Positions 24,150-37,100 of a DNA stretch of 64,000 nt are shown piece after piece. Origin of the DNA: Raillietiella orientalis. Taxonomy: Eukaryota. How positions within the stretch are numbered: the stretch's first letter is position 1; each line of letters starts with the position of its first letter. The notes beneath the pieces were generated by a model, which searched no databases, had not been told where the DNA came from, and was given only the letters and a program-made list of their open reading frames with translations. Where the stretch lies: positions 620,001 through 684,000 of the forward strand of contig JAYWIR010000040.1 of NCBI GenBank assembly GCA_036172245.1, given 5' to 3'. The position numbers and the translations under genes are program-made.

Positions 24150-26900
24150 GTGCAATGCCCGCCGGTATCTATGGTCACGGGGGGGAGGGGGGGACCCAAA
24201 CTGTGCAAGATGCGGGAGCAGAAATCCCTCCCACACCTCCCATTGGACTGTGTTGCCCCCGGTCCCTTTGGGAACTCTTTGCCCGACCCTTGGAATCCCT
24301 GGAGGCAGCGATGTAAAGATGTTGTAAAGCGCCTCTTCCTTCGCAAAGCCCTCACGCCGGTCGCATCCCCAGCAGCACTTTGAGGCGGGACCGTGGCTGC
24401 ATGGAGAGACGCTAGAGAAGGCCAGAATGACAAGGACGCCATCTGCTGTCCTCCTCATGAGGATAGCGTCAAGATGGCCCTAGCTGGGAGCCATAAAACA
24501 GGAACTTGCCGGAATTTTTACGAGGATGCAGAGGGCTCCCTCCAGCACACAGTGATCCCTTCCCGAAGCCTCCCCCCCATTTTTTGACTGTATGTTTTTT
24601 TTTTTAATTCTATTTTGTTTGTCTTCCTTTCCTCTGTGCTGCCGAGGAGAACCCCGTTGGTCTGCAGGTTCCTTCTCGTAGTTATAAGTAACGTGTCAGA
24701 ATCAAACGTCCTTCCACAGACGTGAATGTTTATTTTATAGATAAATTCCCCGGCGTAACCGGATGTCCACCAGTGCCACACCTCGAAGCTTACAGGCCAA
24801 CCAGCGACATCCTACGCGAAGAACTCGAAACCCACCACGCATCCATTTCTCTCGGCGTCGATCCTTCAGGTGGGGATTCGAACCCGCAACGCTTTGGCGC
24901 CATGTAGCGCGGAGGCCGCAGCCACGCGGCCGCCAACGCAGGAACTGTCCTTTGTCGAACAGGCGAACATTCCTAGGAAGCTGCGGATTGCGAGCGGCAC
25001 AGAACGCTTCGCTAGCCGCATCCACAGCAACGGAACGGAGCAACAAGATTCTCAGGAAATGGACTCACGCCACAGATGTCCTTGATGACTGGCTGGGATC
25101 GGATGCTGACCCTCCGGGATACTTCCAGGAATCAAGGAGCCGTTCCCTATTTGGTTCCCCTCGGGAAAAGACCCTCCATTGAGTACCATGGAGCTGATTG
25201 ATATCCTCATTGGGATTTGCCTCTCCAGAATGTCAGAAGAGCGCCGCTACCTTCGGGGAGAACCCTTCCGAGAAATTAGGAAACCTTCCTTCGGGGTTCA
25301 CTCCAGATGAGGAAACAAGGAGAGGATCCTTTCAGTGGGGTCCTTCCAAAGAGGATGAGAAAGAATTCTCTTCGAGATTCCCCCCCATGAGTAAGAGAGG
25401 AACGGACTCCTCCCAGAGTCTTCCTGGAGCCACAGGTCTCTACGGGCTCACTCCTTGAATTGAAGAGTGCACGTATGCTGTACACTCATCCTCGGGTAGG
25501 GTGAAAGATACTCCCATTGTGGGTCGCCTCTCCAGTGTCTCAGAAGAGCGCCCCTTCCTTCAGAGAGCGACCATTCAGAGAAACTTTGGGAGAGTCATTT
25601 GGGGGTTCTCCTCAGGAGAAGAAATTCCAGGATCGGATCCTTTCAGGGTTCCCTTCGAAGAAGAAATGAGGAACAGCCCCCTCCGGGGGACTTACCCGGA
25701 GGAGAGCAAGGAAGAAGTTCCCTCCAAGGTTCCTTACCGAGCTTAATAGGGACGAGCTCCTTCCTCCGAAGCCTTCCTGGACTCATAGGTTGGTCCCTCT
25801 CGGTGTACCCCCTATACTGAAGAGTCAACACTCACCCCCGTGTGCCCCTAGGCGAGAACGGTTCTTGAGTACTCCTTAAGGACCAAAAGAAAAAGAAGGA
25901 AGGAAGAGAACTCCGGAAAGCGAAGACTTCCGACGACGAATACCCGCCCCACGCTCTCCCTTCCCCATCTCAGAAAGGCACCCGCCCCGAGGATGTCTTC
26001 TTACTGAAAGATGCACTTCGTGCAGCATGAGTCCGAGACCCCAGTGCATGCCAGGTAGAGAATCCAGCCCGAGGCCTCGGGGATATCGCAGGGTTCGGCA
26101 ATGACTCCGCCCCCGCCAAATCTCAGCGTCGTCGCCGCCAGCTATTCTTGCAAGCCTGTCATCGACCTCCATCGATGGAATCGGGAAGCTGGAGTCGAGG
26201 GAAGCAACGAGAGGGCACGTCGCTGGATTCTCGGGACGCGCCTGATGCCGACGTTGCCTTCGAGATTTCCGAGAAAATCGGGCGTTAGGACCGGGAAGGC
26301 CAAGTCTCCTGGAGGTCAGGGGATGCTCCTCTTTTCCCTGGCGAGGAGGAGGGGTGGCGCGCCACTTCTGGACCCACCACCACCACCACTTTGCTGCCTT
26401 CCTTCCCACATGTGTAGGGGGTCCTTGGACTTGCAACGAGCGTGAGCCCTTCGGGTATACCTAAGGATTCGCGAGGGCCCCATTTTCCGTCATCAGGAGC
26501 ACGTAATCCAGGGGACACCAAACCCTCCCCCGTTTGGGGTGCAGATTCGAGGAAAGTGAGAGGCAACGATCACAGGTGCCTCCCGTCCCTTCAGGGGACG
26601 CCTTCCTCTGTTCTGTCAGCTTCCTGCTTCCTGCTTGTTTCTCGTAGTATGGATAGTGGTGAAGGCGTGCCCGGACATGCCTCCACCAGCTTCTCCCCCC
26701 CCCCGTTTGTTTTGAGTAGACTGAGGATAGACTCGTCGCTCTTCCTGAGATGCAACAAGCAGCCTCTTTCCAAGATGAGGAGTTCCCTCTATCACAGGCG
26801 AACTGTGACAGAGGACTGTGACTCCCTCTGTCTGTGAGTAGGGAATTCCCTAAGTGGGTGAGGCAGATGTCCCTTTTTCCGGCAGGAAGATGCTCCATCT
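24150..26900 (-). mobile_element. 3' part of a degenerate L1-like element, split by a SINE-like insertion at ~24755-25900
   Basis: GCLLHLRKS (~GL..N..KS) ORF 26591..26773; RRLGLPG (~GGLGLP) and LHEVHLSV in ORF 25876..26436; CDRR...EEALYNIF (~C..C..ET..HIF) ORF 24081..24458. Confidence 0.5.
24755..25900. mobile_element. SINE-like family copy 1: tRNA-like head inverted (-, ~24755-25000), body and A-rich tail (+, ~25090-25900)
   Basis: Reverse complement of 24870-24935 reads TGGCGGCCGCGTGGCT...GGGTTCGAATCC (B box). The body shares CCAGGAATCAAGGAG, GAGAGGAACGGACTCC and the tail GGTTCTTGAG...CCAAAAGAAAAAG with the other copies. Confidence 0.7.
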
Positions 26901-26984
26901 TCTTGACAGTGGCTTTCCTCGGGCCTCAGGTTTGCCCCAAGGCAGTTTCAGTGCTTTAGAGTTCTGTTTTCGCTGCTTTCCTCT

Positions 26985-27680
26985 TGGCTTTTTTCTCGGA
27001 GAGAGGAAAAAAGGGAGAAGGGAGATATATTTTTTTCGGTTTGCCGATTGCTGAAGAACCGTTCGCCTCCTTGGAGGTCACTCACAGAGCTTCTTGGACT
27101 CTGTACACGCTATTACCTGGCGGTGCATGTAACTCTTCAAGTTAGGGGGGAACCCCGGAGGAAGTGCCCGAGGAATCCAGGAAGGGCTCCGGACGAGAGA
27201 GTTCGTTCCTCTTGCGCTCGGTAGGGAATCCTGAACAGAAATTCTTCTTTATTCTCTCCGCAGGAACCTCTCAGTGGGAAACATTCCTTATTTTTCTCTG
27301 AAGGAGAGCCCGCAAAGAAACCACTCCTTGTTTTTCCTCCTCTCAGGAGAACCCCCATGGGACGTTCCCAAAGTTTCTCCGAAGGGTAGCTCCCTGAAGG
27401 AAGCGACGCTCTTCTGAGACCCTGGAGAGGCGACCCAAAATGGAGGTATCCTTCACCCTACCCGAGGATGCGTGTGCAGCACACGTGCACTCTTCAATTC
27501 AGGGGGGAACTCCGGAGGGACCAACCCTGTGTACCCAGGAAGACTCTGGAAGGAGTCCGTTCCTCTCTTACTCATAGGAGGGAACTCTGAAGGAAATTTC
27601 TTTCTCATCCTCTTTAGAGGGAACCCCGAAGGGGAATCCGCTCCAGAAATTCTTCTCCGGAGGGACCCTCTGGAAAGGAT
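26985..27680 (-). mobile_element. SINE-like family copy 2 (5'-truncated)
   Basis: Reverse complement aligns by eye to 25290-25900, e.g. TTGAAGAGTGCACGT...CATCCTCGGGTAGGGTGAA. T-rich tail at ~27030. Confidence 0.8.
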
Positions 27681-28149
27681 AGGTAGGTTAGTTTCGGTCA
27701 GGTCTACTCAATATACAGCAAAACTGTATAACGTGCGGCGAGACAGCAGACCCCCTAGACGCAAGGAAGGAGACCCCTACGACACGGTGGATAAATTTTG
27801 AAGTTGTGGCGTGGTTCTAGTTCGGCTGTTTCTCAAAAAGAGCGCGGGCATGTGATTTAAGTCGAATCCTGCCCGTCTAAATTTTCGTGAATGAAATGTC
27901 GAAAGAAGATATGTTTCCTAGCAACGAGAACGATAGAGCGGAAACTACAGAGTTGTTTTTGTTGATTCTATATCAACAGCAAAGCTCTTTTTTCCTTTTT
28001 TTTTTTTTTTTACTCCAACTTCACTAAGATATCAACGCTTTCAGTTTTTGGGGGGGGGTTTTAAGGTGAATAATAAAAATATCTTACCATTATAACGTTC
28101 TTCATCTTTTATGAATACCATCTTATTAACTATGTATAACCTATGGGGC

Positions 28150-29000
28150 TCGTTTAACGCGGATTTCGTAATGAGGAACTATCCTCGTGTGCTCTACGAG
28201 GACTTACTGTACTGGGCTGCTGATTGAAACATCCCTTCTTCCTCGGATGCCTTCCAGGTGTCGTGCAGCATTTGTAAGTTCTCCCCCTCGTGTGACAGCA
28301 TGCCCTTCCTTCACGGGACCATTCTGTGCAACTAGCGCTGACACCCCTATGCGTTGGGGGCATAGTCCTTCTCTGCGAAGCTAGATGAGAGAAAGGGAGC
28401 GATAGAGTTGCTTTCGTTTCTTTTGCCGGATCACAGCCTCTCCATCGCCGAGTGACCACGGGCAGGCCAAACTCTTTCGTGCCTCCGTGAGGACCTGAGG
28501 AGTCTTCTGCGAAAGTTTTTCCTCCTCCTGGGAAGATCTTTTCTTCTTGATCTTCCGGACAGACTGACCAGGGAGGCAACCGCGGAAACCACTGTGTGGC
28601 GGGTCCGCAGGGTAGCAGCACACCAACTATCGGGATCCGGGCAGCCGAACTGGCGAAGCCGCTGCCCTGGCAGTTTGATGCGAGAATGTCCCCATCCGCC
28701 GCAGGAATCCAGGAATAACCACATTCGTGTATGAAATGCACGACTCGCTTTCCGGGCCTTCCGGACCGAAGCGCGCATTCTGTCCGGAAAAGAAACGGCT
28801 GGGAAGAAGAAGATTTTGTAAAGTGAATCGAAATCCCCAAAAGACGAGATGCAAGAAGCGTTCCGAAAACCTCGTGCCGAAAATAGGGATTCCGATGACC
28901 AGATCGGGAAGCAAGGCACAGGAGCTCCGGCACTGGTCAGAGGAGTGCAAACCGGCCGCCCTTTGTCAACGCGCGCAGATGATTTGCGAGGAGTAACGTT
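28150..29000 (-). mobile_element. Degenerate L1-like RT C-terminal fragment
   Basis: MWLFLD...IKLPGQRLRQFGCPD (~FLW...L..P...GGLG.PD) in ORF 28431..29072. Confidence 0.45.
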
Positions 29001-29034
29001 CGAGATGCAGAAACCGAGCAAGGAGGGAAATTCT

Positions 29035-29960
29035 TTCGGTTTTTCTTTTTGTCTCCCCTGTTTGCCTTCCAACTTTTTTTCCTTTTTTTTTTCGGTTTTT
29101 TTTCTTTTTCTTTTGGTTCGCTGAGTACCTTAGGAGCCATCGCGCACCTGGTGGTTCACGTAGCTCTTTGACGCTGTTCCACTTCACCCGTAGGTGCGTG
29201 TAAATCTTCAAGATAGGTGATACGCCGCCCTATGAATCCAGGAAGGACTCGGAGTCCGTTCCTCTCACGCTTGGAGAGGGATCCCCGGAAATGGAGATCA
29301 CCTTACCCTGGTTATCTCCGAAGGGGGATCCCGAAAGGAATGTCCTTCCTTATTCTCTCCGAAGAGACACTCGGAGGGGTCCGCTCCAGTTTTTCTTCTC
29401 TGAAGGGAACCCGGAAAAGATCCGCTCCTGGAATTTCTTCTCCGGAGGGATACCCCGCACGGGATTCTCACCTGTTTACTACTCTGAAGAGAGCCTCGAA
29501 GGGACGCTTCCGAAATTCAGAAGGACGCAGCTTCCCCGAAGGGATCGGCTCGCTTCTCTGCCACTCTCTGGAGAGGTGGTGGCGACACACCTACTCCATC
29601 AGCACGACTTTGGGGGTCCCCCTGTAATGGTGGGTCCGCTCCTTCACAACCGGAGGGGAGCTCCCACTCCGTAATTCCTGGAAGGACCCGGAGTTCGACT
29701 CCCATTTGTCCCGGTCCTCATCGGGGACATCCGGTTCAACTACTACCAGTGCCGCACCCGGATGAGCGCAGACCAGCTAGCGTCATCTTGCGGGAGGAAC
29801 TCGAACCCACTGCGCCGATTCAGTTATTCGAACCCGCGGCGCTTGGTGCCATGCGCGGAGACCACCGTAACCACACGGCCTCCGAGGTGGGCAAAGTCCG
29901 GCAAGCGCCACTTTCCCTGATGAGGAAGCAGCTCGTGCGCTCGGCTGTAATGCCAGACAG
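29035..29960 (-). mobile_element. SINE-like family copy 3 (full-length: tRNA-like head, hairpin array, A tail)
   Basis: B box GGGTTCGAAT on the minus strand at ~29825-29835; collinear with 44010-45000 throughout; T-tract at 29035-29115 is the A tail. Confidence 0.8.
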
Positions 29961-30849
29961 TCTCGGAGTCCCATGAAGACAAGAAGAATGCCCTCCTTCC
30001 GACTTTCTTCAGGTAGCCAGGCTACAAGAGAAACTCGATCCGAAAGAAAAAAGACCGAGAATTCCTCTGACGCGGCTGTTATTTATGGATCTCACTCCCT
30101 TGCCATCCCCCTTACCAACCGGGCTCCCAGACCCATCACAGGTGTCATGGCTCTTCTTCCGTATAGCAACAAGTGCTGGCAGTGAACTCTACTTCCCAGT
30201 CTCAAGCTGAGAAGAGTGAGACGTGAAGAACGATCTACTCAGGGGGAACAGCAAGGGGGAATCATGGAAGTGATTCTGCATCACATTCACAGTCGACATT
30301 AAACGGAGCCATTTAGTTTACCCGTTATCCGTTGTCCACCTGCTCTTTGTTTCGGCTTGTTCGAGTTCACGTGTGTCTCGATTCGTCATGATGATCATTG
30401 GTGGCGCATATCGTTTGCGTTCATGTGATCACCGTGAGAGGAGCAAGTCTGTCTTCGAAAGCTTCGAAGAGAAATCCCGTTTCAGCTTCCATGTCACGAA
30501 CGAGCGTCACATTTCCCTTTCTTCTTGACGTGAGATCGAGATCTTTCGAGGTTTTCCAGCGGTCATCTTGCAGCTCCGTGCCCTGGATGGAACCTGGCGA
30601 GCAAGTGAGACCCGAATCTCACAGCACACCCTCTGCTTCCGATAGGACTGGTCGTTCCGCGCTTCCGTGCTCGCACCATCTCCGTGCCCGGGAAGTCTCA
30701 CTAATGACGCCGACGTTTGGTTTCCGCTCCCCGTGCGTGACCGCAAGTCACAGGCAGACCACAGCAAGGGATCCGCTTTGCTCCAGCGCTGAGATGGGAG
30801 AAACGATGGTGGCTGCACACCGATTCGCTGGACTGCAGTTCACCAAAGA

Positions 30850-33800
30850 TCGCCACGATTTCCGCTTCCAGTTTCAGGCGTCTTCATTTTTGCCGTTTCA
30901 GGACGGGGATGCAGTGGCGGGACTGCTGATCCGCACAAGCATTCCGAATCACTCCGTCCGCAAGGACACGCAGTGCACGGTACCGCATTCCTAACGGAAA
31001 GGACGGAGTACTGCTAGCAGCGCGCAGGCATGGAAAAACTGGGAACGTCAGTGCAAGATGAGAGGTGCTTAATCGATGGTTCTGAATATGGTAAACCCGA
31101 TCACCAGAAGATTTTCGAAAATCTCGCATCTTCCCAAGAGGACGAAAACTGAGATGCAACCGATTTGCGGAGGCTTTGCGGGTCGGGTTGCATCCCAGCT
31201 GCGCACGGAGCAACGACTGGGTGCTCCCACTCAGCGAGGTAATAGACTAAAACTGTTCCAGGTCCCTGACATCCTCCGCTTCACAAGCGAAGGCGCGGCC
31301 GTGAAGCTGGAGCAACAAGTGCCTGTTCTGGGCCTGCTTCAGCACTCTGGAGAACATCGAGGCCGTAAATGGCCGGATCTGGAAGAACCGCGCCAAACCG
31401 TCTTCCGTGTGGAACGTCTTCTCCGGAGCTATGTTCCATGATGAAGAAATCTCCGATTCCTTGGACCAGTTCCCCTTCTACCACAGGAGGATCGGCACTG
31501 TTCTACGCCCCAATTTCACTGCCAGCGTCTTTTGCTGAAATGAAAACTCAGGCCCCTCACCCTTTAAGGTTCTGTCGCGGAACCAAGTCAAAAGCCAGAA
31601 CATTTCCAAAATTCCAATCATCTGATCTTCCAGTATCCAGGGGAGCTGTACAGAAATTCATCTTTATCCTCGTGAACCTCGTTATCAAGCAACCCCACCA
31701 CATGATCCTTAAAATTAAAAATCGGCAAGTTCCGTTGTTCTGAAATTCACTCGTAATGGTTGAAGAACTTTTCTATCAATAAAAAAGCTCTTCATCTCTA
31801 CTGCTTTCCTTCCCATCCCGCCTGGAACTGATTCAAACTTGCAGGCTGAAGGAAACTGTTCGCACGTGGTTCCCTGGAGCTTCCAGGATTTCTAAACACA
31901 GCACCATCGAGCCTTCCACATGATGGAAGTAAACATCCAAAACAACTGTGTCAGATCATCAGCTGGAGAGACCATCAGTTGCTGTTTGCACGAGGGAACC
32001 ATGGACTTGAGTGTGCTCCCTTGTCTTTAATCTTTTCTAAGAGATGCGCAAGCTTTGCAACGAATTTGGTAACCTCGAAGTCTGTGGTCCGGATGGTAAG
32101 AGTCCTTGCCATTTCTTTTCTCGTCATAAATATTATTTTATGGCCTCTGGGTATTTTGACCCGGTCACACCGGTGCGTTTATTGTAAAAGATACATCGTT
32201 TATCAATGAATCTTCCGGTCTTGCTGTATTCTCAGTCTTCTCGGGCATTCCAGAGGAGATCCCATCTCGGAAACAGTCGCCAGAAGAGGCCCCCACGCAG
32301 GGAAATTAGGGGGGAAGGGGAATAAACAAAAAATAAATACGGAACGAAAAAAATACGAAGATGTTTGGCTGGGAGGGGAAAGGAAGGGATCACAGATTGT
32401 TCCTTGGTGGCCTCTTCATCCTCTAGATCGATGTGTATGCGCTTCCATTTTGTTTTTTCCAGCGGTGTCAGATACACATCACAGAGAGTACTGATCAGCA
32501 GAATCGGTGTACAAATCACTGAAATCCTGCCCTGCATGATTCATTAGTGGCTTCAATACACCGGGCATACACAAAAACCTCAGACAACGAGTTTCTGAGG
32601 TGGGGTGTTCATTCCGCTTCAGCTGCCTGCTGCTTGTTCTGTGAGACGGGATGTCACGACAGCCTGCCTGATTTGCCGAAATTAAGGCGAGCCTTCGCTG
32701 TTCAATGTGTTAAAAATGCATGTGTTGACACGAATTGCACACCGCCTGTTCAGGAATCGAAAGGAAACCATCGAAGGCAGCAGCACATGGTCGGGGCGTG
32801 ACGTCAGCTGGGATGCATTCCGAAACGCATTTCCATCTCCAAGCTGCACCCTGAAGAGTGTTTTCCTCGTGACGTGATTTTTGCAGAAAGCATCGAAACG
32901 ATCACTTACTCATCCCATCTCGCAAGAAGTTTGTGGAAAATGGGGATGCCAGTGATGCTCTGACGATCATCAGAGATGATTGATCGATAATACATCATTA
33001 CCTGCTAATGTGGGTTTTCTGAAGGTGTAATTCATGTACGAAAAGCATAACTTGCCCATCCCTGTCACGAGTAAGGTGCGTCATGATTCCGTAGCCAGGA
33101 GGTTGCCGGGAAAAACAAAAAAAGATGCTTCGCAATAGACATTGCAGCCCTTCCTACGTTGCATTCGTGAAATTTCAAGCCACAGAATCCAACGCAACTT
33201 CCATTCTACTTCCGAACCGTCTACAGTAAGAATGGAGCGAAATTCATTATCCAAGTTGTTCTTCAGAACGGGGAGGCCCAACGCAGCCAACTTCTCCGGC
33301 CTGTTTTTCGACTACCTATCCTTTCCGGATACCCCATAACCATTCTGACCCCGATATGCTTTGTGCCCGCCTAGCTCAGGTGCTCCAGGACACCGTTGAT
33401 TACCCGCGTGTCTTGAGGTTCGTTGAATCTGCCTGGACCTTCCATCTTCATTTTCCCGGTGTCAGTAATGAATGGATCCACCGCTCGTGATTTCGCCTTT
33501 ACGAAAGCCGCATGGGCTGCACAGCAAGACGGCAGCATTCCGGCCTGAGGCTGCTCGCGGCAAATCGCGGTAGGCCAGAAATGAAAACACCAAAAGCACG
33601 GATCTGCTGGCGGAACGCAGTGACACGTCACAACACGTGCAGCCACATTACGAGCGCTACGATGTATTTTTCCTTCCTTTTTTTTCCTTTTTTTTTTCTT
33701 TATCTATTTACTTATTCGCTCCATGGAAGATTAAATCTAAAATAGGAGCGAAGCTGCTGGTATTTGAGGGTTCATACGATAGTTCTCATTACCACCCTCA

Positions 33801-34000
33801 TCCCACGCATCAAGGGTTGAATCATTAATTATCACCATTACTCACTGGAAAAAGGTTTGCGTTCCATGCTGAAATCCAATAACGCACACTCGTCACTACA
33901 TGGGGGTCTACGCTGCCGGTCCAATCTCCTTTGTTCTCAACAGATATTGCTGATCCTTCTACTAATGTTCAACGTCGGAGTACATTTCTATCATCGTGTC
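30850..34000 (-). mobile_element. Near full-length degenerate L1/Tx1-like retrotransposon
   Basis: RVVTCH...PCFWCFHF knuckle ORF 33371..33646; LWLEI...CNVY ORF 33081..33290; RQGSTL at ~32015; VSPADDLT (RT catalytic motif) at ~31950-31972; GAVLPDP ORF 31281..31484; HRLSTS...C ORF 30884..31213. Confidence 0.7.
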
Positions 34001-34149
34001 CCCTCGACTTCCATTCCTGGGATTCTTTTCGTTTCATTTGCCGTGTTCTTCCTTGTTCATTAGGTCTGATGTCAATTTCAAGGCGCGTACTTGTGCTATC
34101 CCGAGGGATAAAAATGCTCTTTAGCTTGCAAAGCCAAGTTTGACTCCAA

Positions 34150-37100
34150 TTTTCCTTTTCCCATGGTGAATGGACAAATTAATTTATCTGGCTTAGCCAG
34201 CAGCAGTCGTCACACGCTATGATTTAAAACACTTTTCGAAGTCTTGGGTGACACGGTGGTCATGCTGGTTCTTCTGAGATGCGCGAAATGAGGGTGGGTC
34301 ATGGCCTTGGTCATCGCGAAAACTGAAACATGAGGATTCTCATGTTCGTGGTTCCATGGAGGATAAGATTTCGTGCCTCTCATCTGCCGCAGCAGCTGAC
34401 AATTATAATACTTACACATCTCCAACCACAGCATCTATCAAAAAAAAAAACCTACGTGAAAAATAACCCTTTTTGCAGCCTGGTAAGAGTTGTTTTCCAT
34501 GCAAGAAGGCGTTTGGCTGGAACCGGCCGTCGAAAGCGGCAAGAACACCCCCGTGAAAAACCAAAAAGCAGCGAAAGTACTGTGGGATCTACATTTGTGC
34601 CAGAGGCCAAGGCGTCTTGCCTTAGGGTGTGTCCGATGCTTCTAGCGTACGCATGGAAAAGTGAATGCCTCCGCATTCGCGGATCATGGGTTTGGGTTCT
34701 TTTTCATTCAGCTTTCGTTCTTGCGATTACTAGATGTACGGACTTCAGTTTCTGGGACTCTTTTTTTTTTTATTATCCCATTTGCCGTCTTCTTTCTTTC
34801 TTTTGGCCACGGTTCGCATCAAAAGTCGGCAAATGCGATTCCCTAATGTTACAAGTCAGGGAAAAGAATGCTCGGAAGCAGTTGACACCTTTCTGATATC
34901 CGCGGGTTGTGTGCAAAAACATTTTGCTGATGATGGACTCTTGCACAGGAGGAATCGATTTTCGCGGATGGCCGGAGCGTCTTCCTGGAGAGCATGGGCA
35001 AGACGAATGAACCAATCCGGTTCTTCTAGGAATGCAAAACACCCTGCGCGGTGAGGGTAGGCACCATGAGATGGCAGACCACACGCAAGGCGCAGAGGAC
35101 ACCCCTATTCAACTACTGAAACAGCACGTGCATGGGAGGAAATGGCACGCCCTGAGTCTCCTCTGACCTTCCCGTTGGGCCTCAAGTTGGCGGAAAGCCG
35201 AACCAGTCGACTCCTGCGCCCATTTCCCAAGAGTGCGCGTGAACACCACGGTGGAAGTTTCGTAGAATTTCGTCGAAAAAAGGTTTGAGGTGAACCTCCA
35301 GACTGCAAACAGCTTGAACTTTTGTAGCCTTAGAGATTTCATGTCATGCAACACCAAGGAGGATCGCCAAGCTCTTACTGAGATAAATCTTCCCTTGGAT
35401 CTACTCTTGTAGCTCTTGTTTGACCCACCTTTCTCTCAGCTTCATAGAGTTTCCGATCTCTCTGATCCCACAGTGTTTTGAAATCCGAACTTCTGTACCT
35501 CTGTCCAGGAAGTTCGGTGATTTTGGCTCCTTCATTTTCCCGGGATTCGACTGTTTCTTCCCGTATTCTAGCTTGAATTCTTGCCTATCAGGAAGATGAT
35601 TTCGCCCGTACCGCGCCTGCGTGGGAACTGAAAAACCGGGAACAGTGATCAAGAGCGAAATCAGATGCGCGAATCTTCTTGGTTTTCCTCAGCTCGAGAA
35701 ATCCTTCTGCTCCTGTTCCATCCTCCCCAAATTTTTCAATCCACCATAATCATATGCACCTGGAATCTGCACTGTTCCTCACGCATGAGCCCTCGTGAAA
35801 CAAAGCCTTCATCACAACTGTTTCCGGATCGAGGAGATCCGACAGCAGTACACGCTTTTCTTCAGCGTGTAAGCGTGACATGAAATTGACGACAGCGGGC
35901 CGTCCGTCAGTTGCGACGCGACCGACACTTTGAAAATAAGAACCACCGCAGACCTCTCCTCCGATCGGTTTGATTGTCTTCCTTTAGCCCAGAAGAAAAA
36001 GCTCTCCTTTATGCTCGCTTTCTGAGGTGCATCTGAAAGGGAAGTGTCAGAGGAGCATAGTGACTTCGAACACCAAGAGGCCGTCTTGGCTTCGGCTTGT
36101 AGTTTCACCACAGTTCCATTCCGAGGATTCCAGCTAAAGGCTGCAAGGAAGCAACAGGCTCTTTAACTAATAACATCCTGATAAGCACCAATAATCTCTT
36201 TGCTGATTCCAGAGTGTTGTACGTGTATATCCACCACTTGGTCCGGTTTACCTAAGAAGAGCTGGTAGAGACGATGAGAGTGTTTCAGATGAAAGCTTTG
36301 ACACTGACTTCCTTGTAAGGCGTCCCCAGCCCAGAATGTCATCAACCCCATGCATTCCTCGGCCGAGTAACCGTTACATAGAAGCCGCACGATCTCTTGA
36401 GGATGGGATCAGTAGTCACACACTGTGCTTGCGAAAGCCAGAACGGTGCCTCCAAAGGCATCTTCCTTGAGATCTTCTCCTTTGGGTTTCAGATGAAACG
36501 AGAAGCCGATTTCCGGGAACATTGGAAGTAGCAGCACTTGGAAGGAGGGTGGATGCCAGATATCGGAGTAGTATTTGACCAAGAAAAAAAAAAAAAAAAA
36601 AGCGATCTGAAGTATTGGTTGTCTGAAACTGGAAAGCTGAAGAGTGGAGCTGGCTGAGGTATCAGCCGGCAGACTTTTCGTACGCCACCTTCTCCCCACT
36701 TTCCTTGGAATCTTGCACGAGAGTTTGCAGTCACGCCTAGAACCGTTGGTTATTGCCCCATTAGCATGCCCAGAAGCATTCCCTGTGGTCCTGAGAGCTG
36801 CGTCGATTTCGGCGTCGATTTCAACGTTGGGAGTTTCAGCGTTCGTCCTGAAACAGCCGTTCATTTGTTTTCTCGTCGCGATCCGCGTTCAGCCTCCAAT
36901 GTGGATTTCATTCAGAAAAGCGTTGTATCAGCCTCCAGAAACAAACCCCGAGGTGATGTCGCATCCATCTTGATTTCCGCTCCAGTGCCTCGGCTGCTTC
37001 GCAGTGATCCTGCCGCAGTCCAGCTTCCCAGTCGCTTGGACGGAAGCTGGACTCGCTCCGGTTTCAAGGTCGCCGGAACTTCGTGGATGTGGGCTTACCG

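Noticed and set aside
24870..24935. Functional tRNA gene (also ~29825-29885, ~44075-44130, ~40010-40095)
   Set aside because: A B box is present, but I could not fold a proper cloverleaf or acceptor stem. The first three are heads of the SINE-like family; the 40010 case has only a B-box-like motif.
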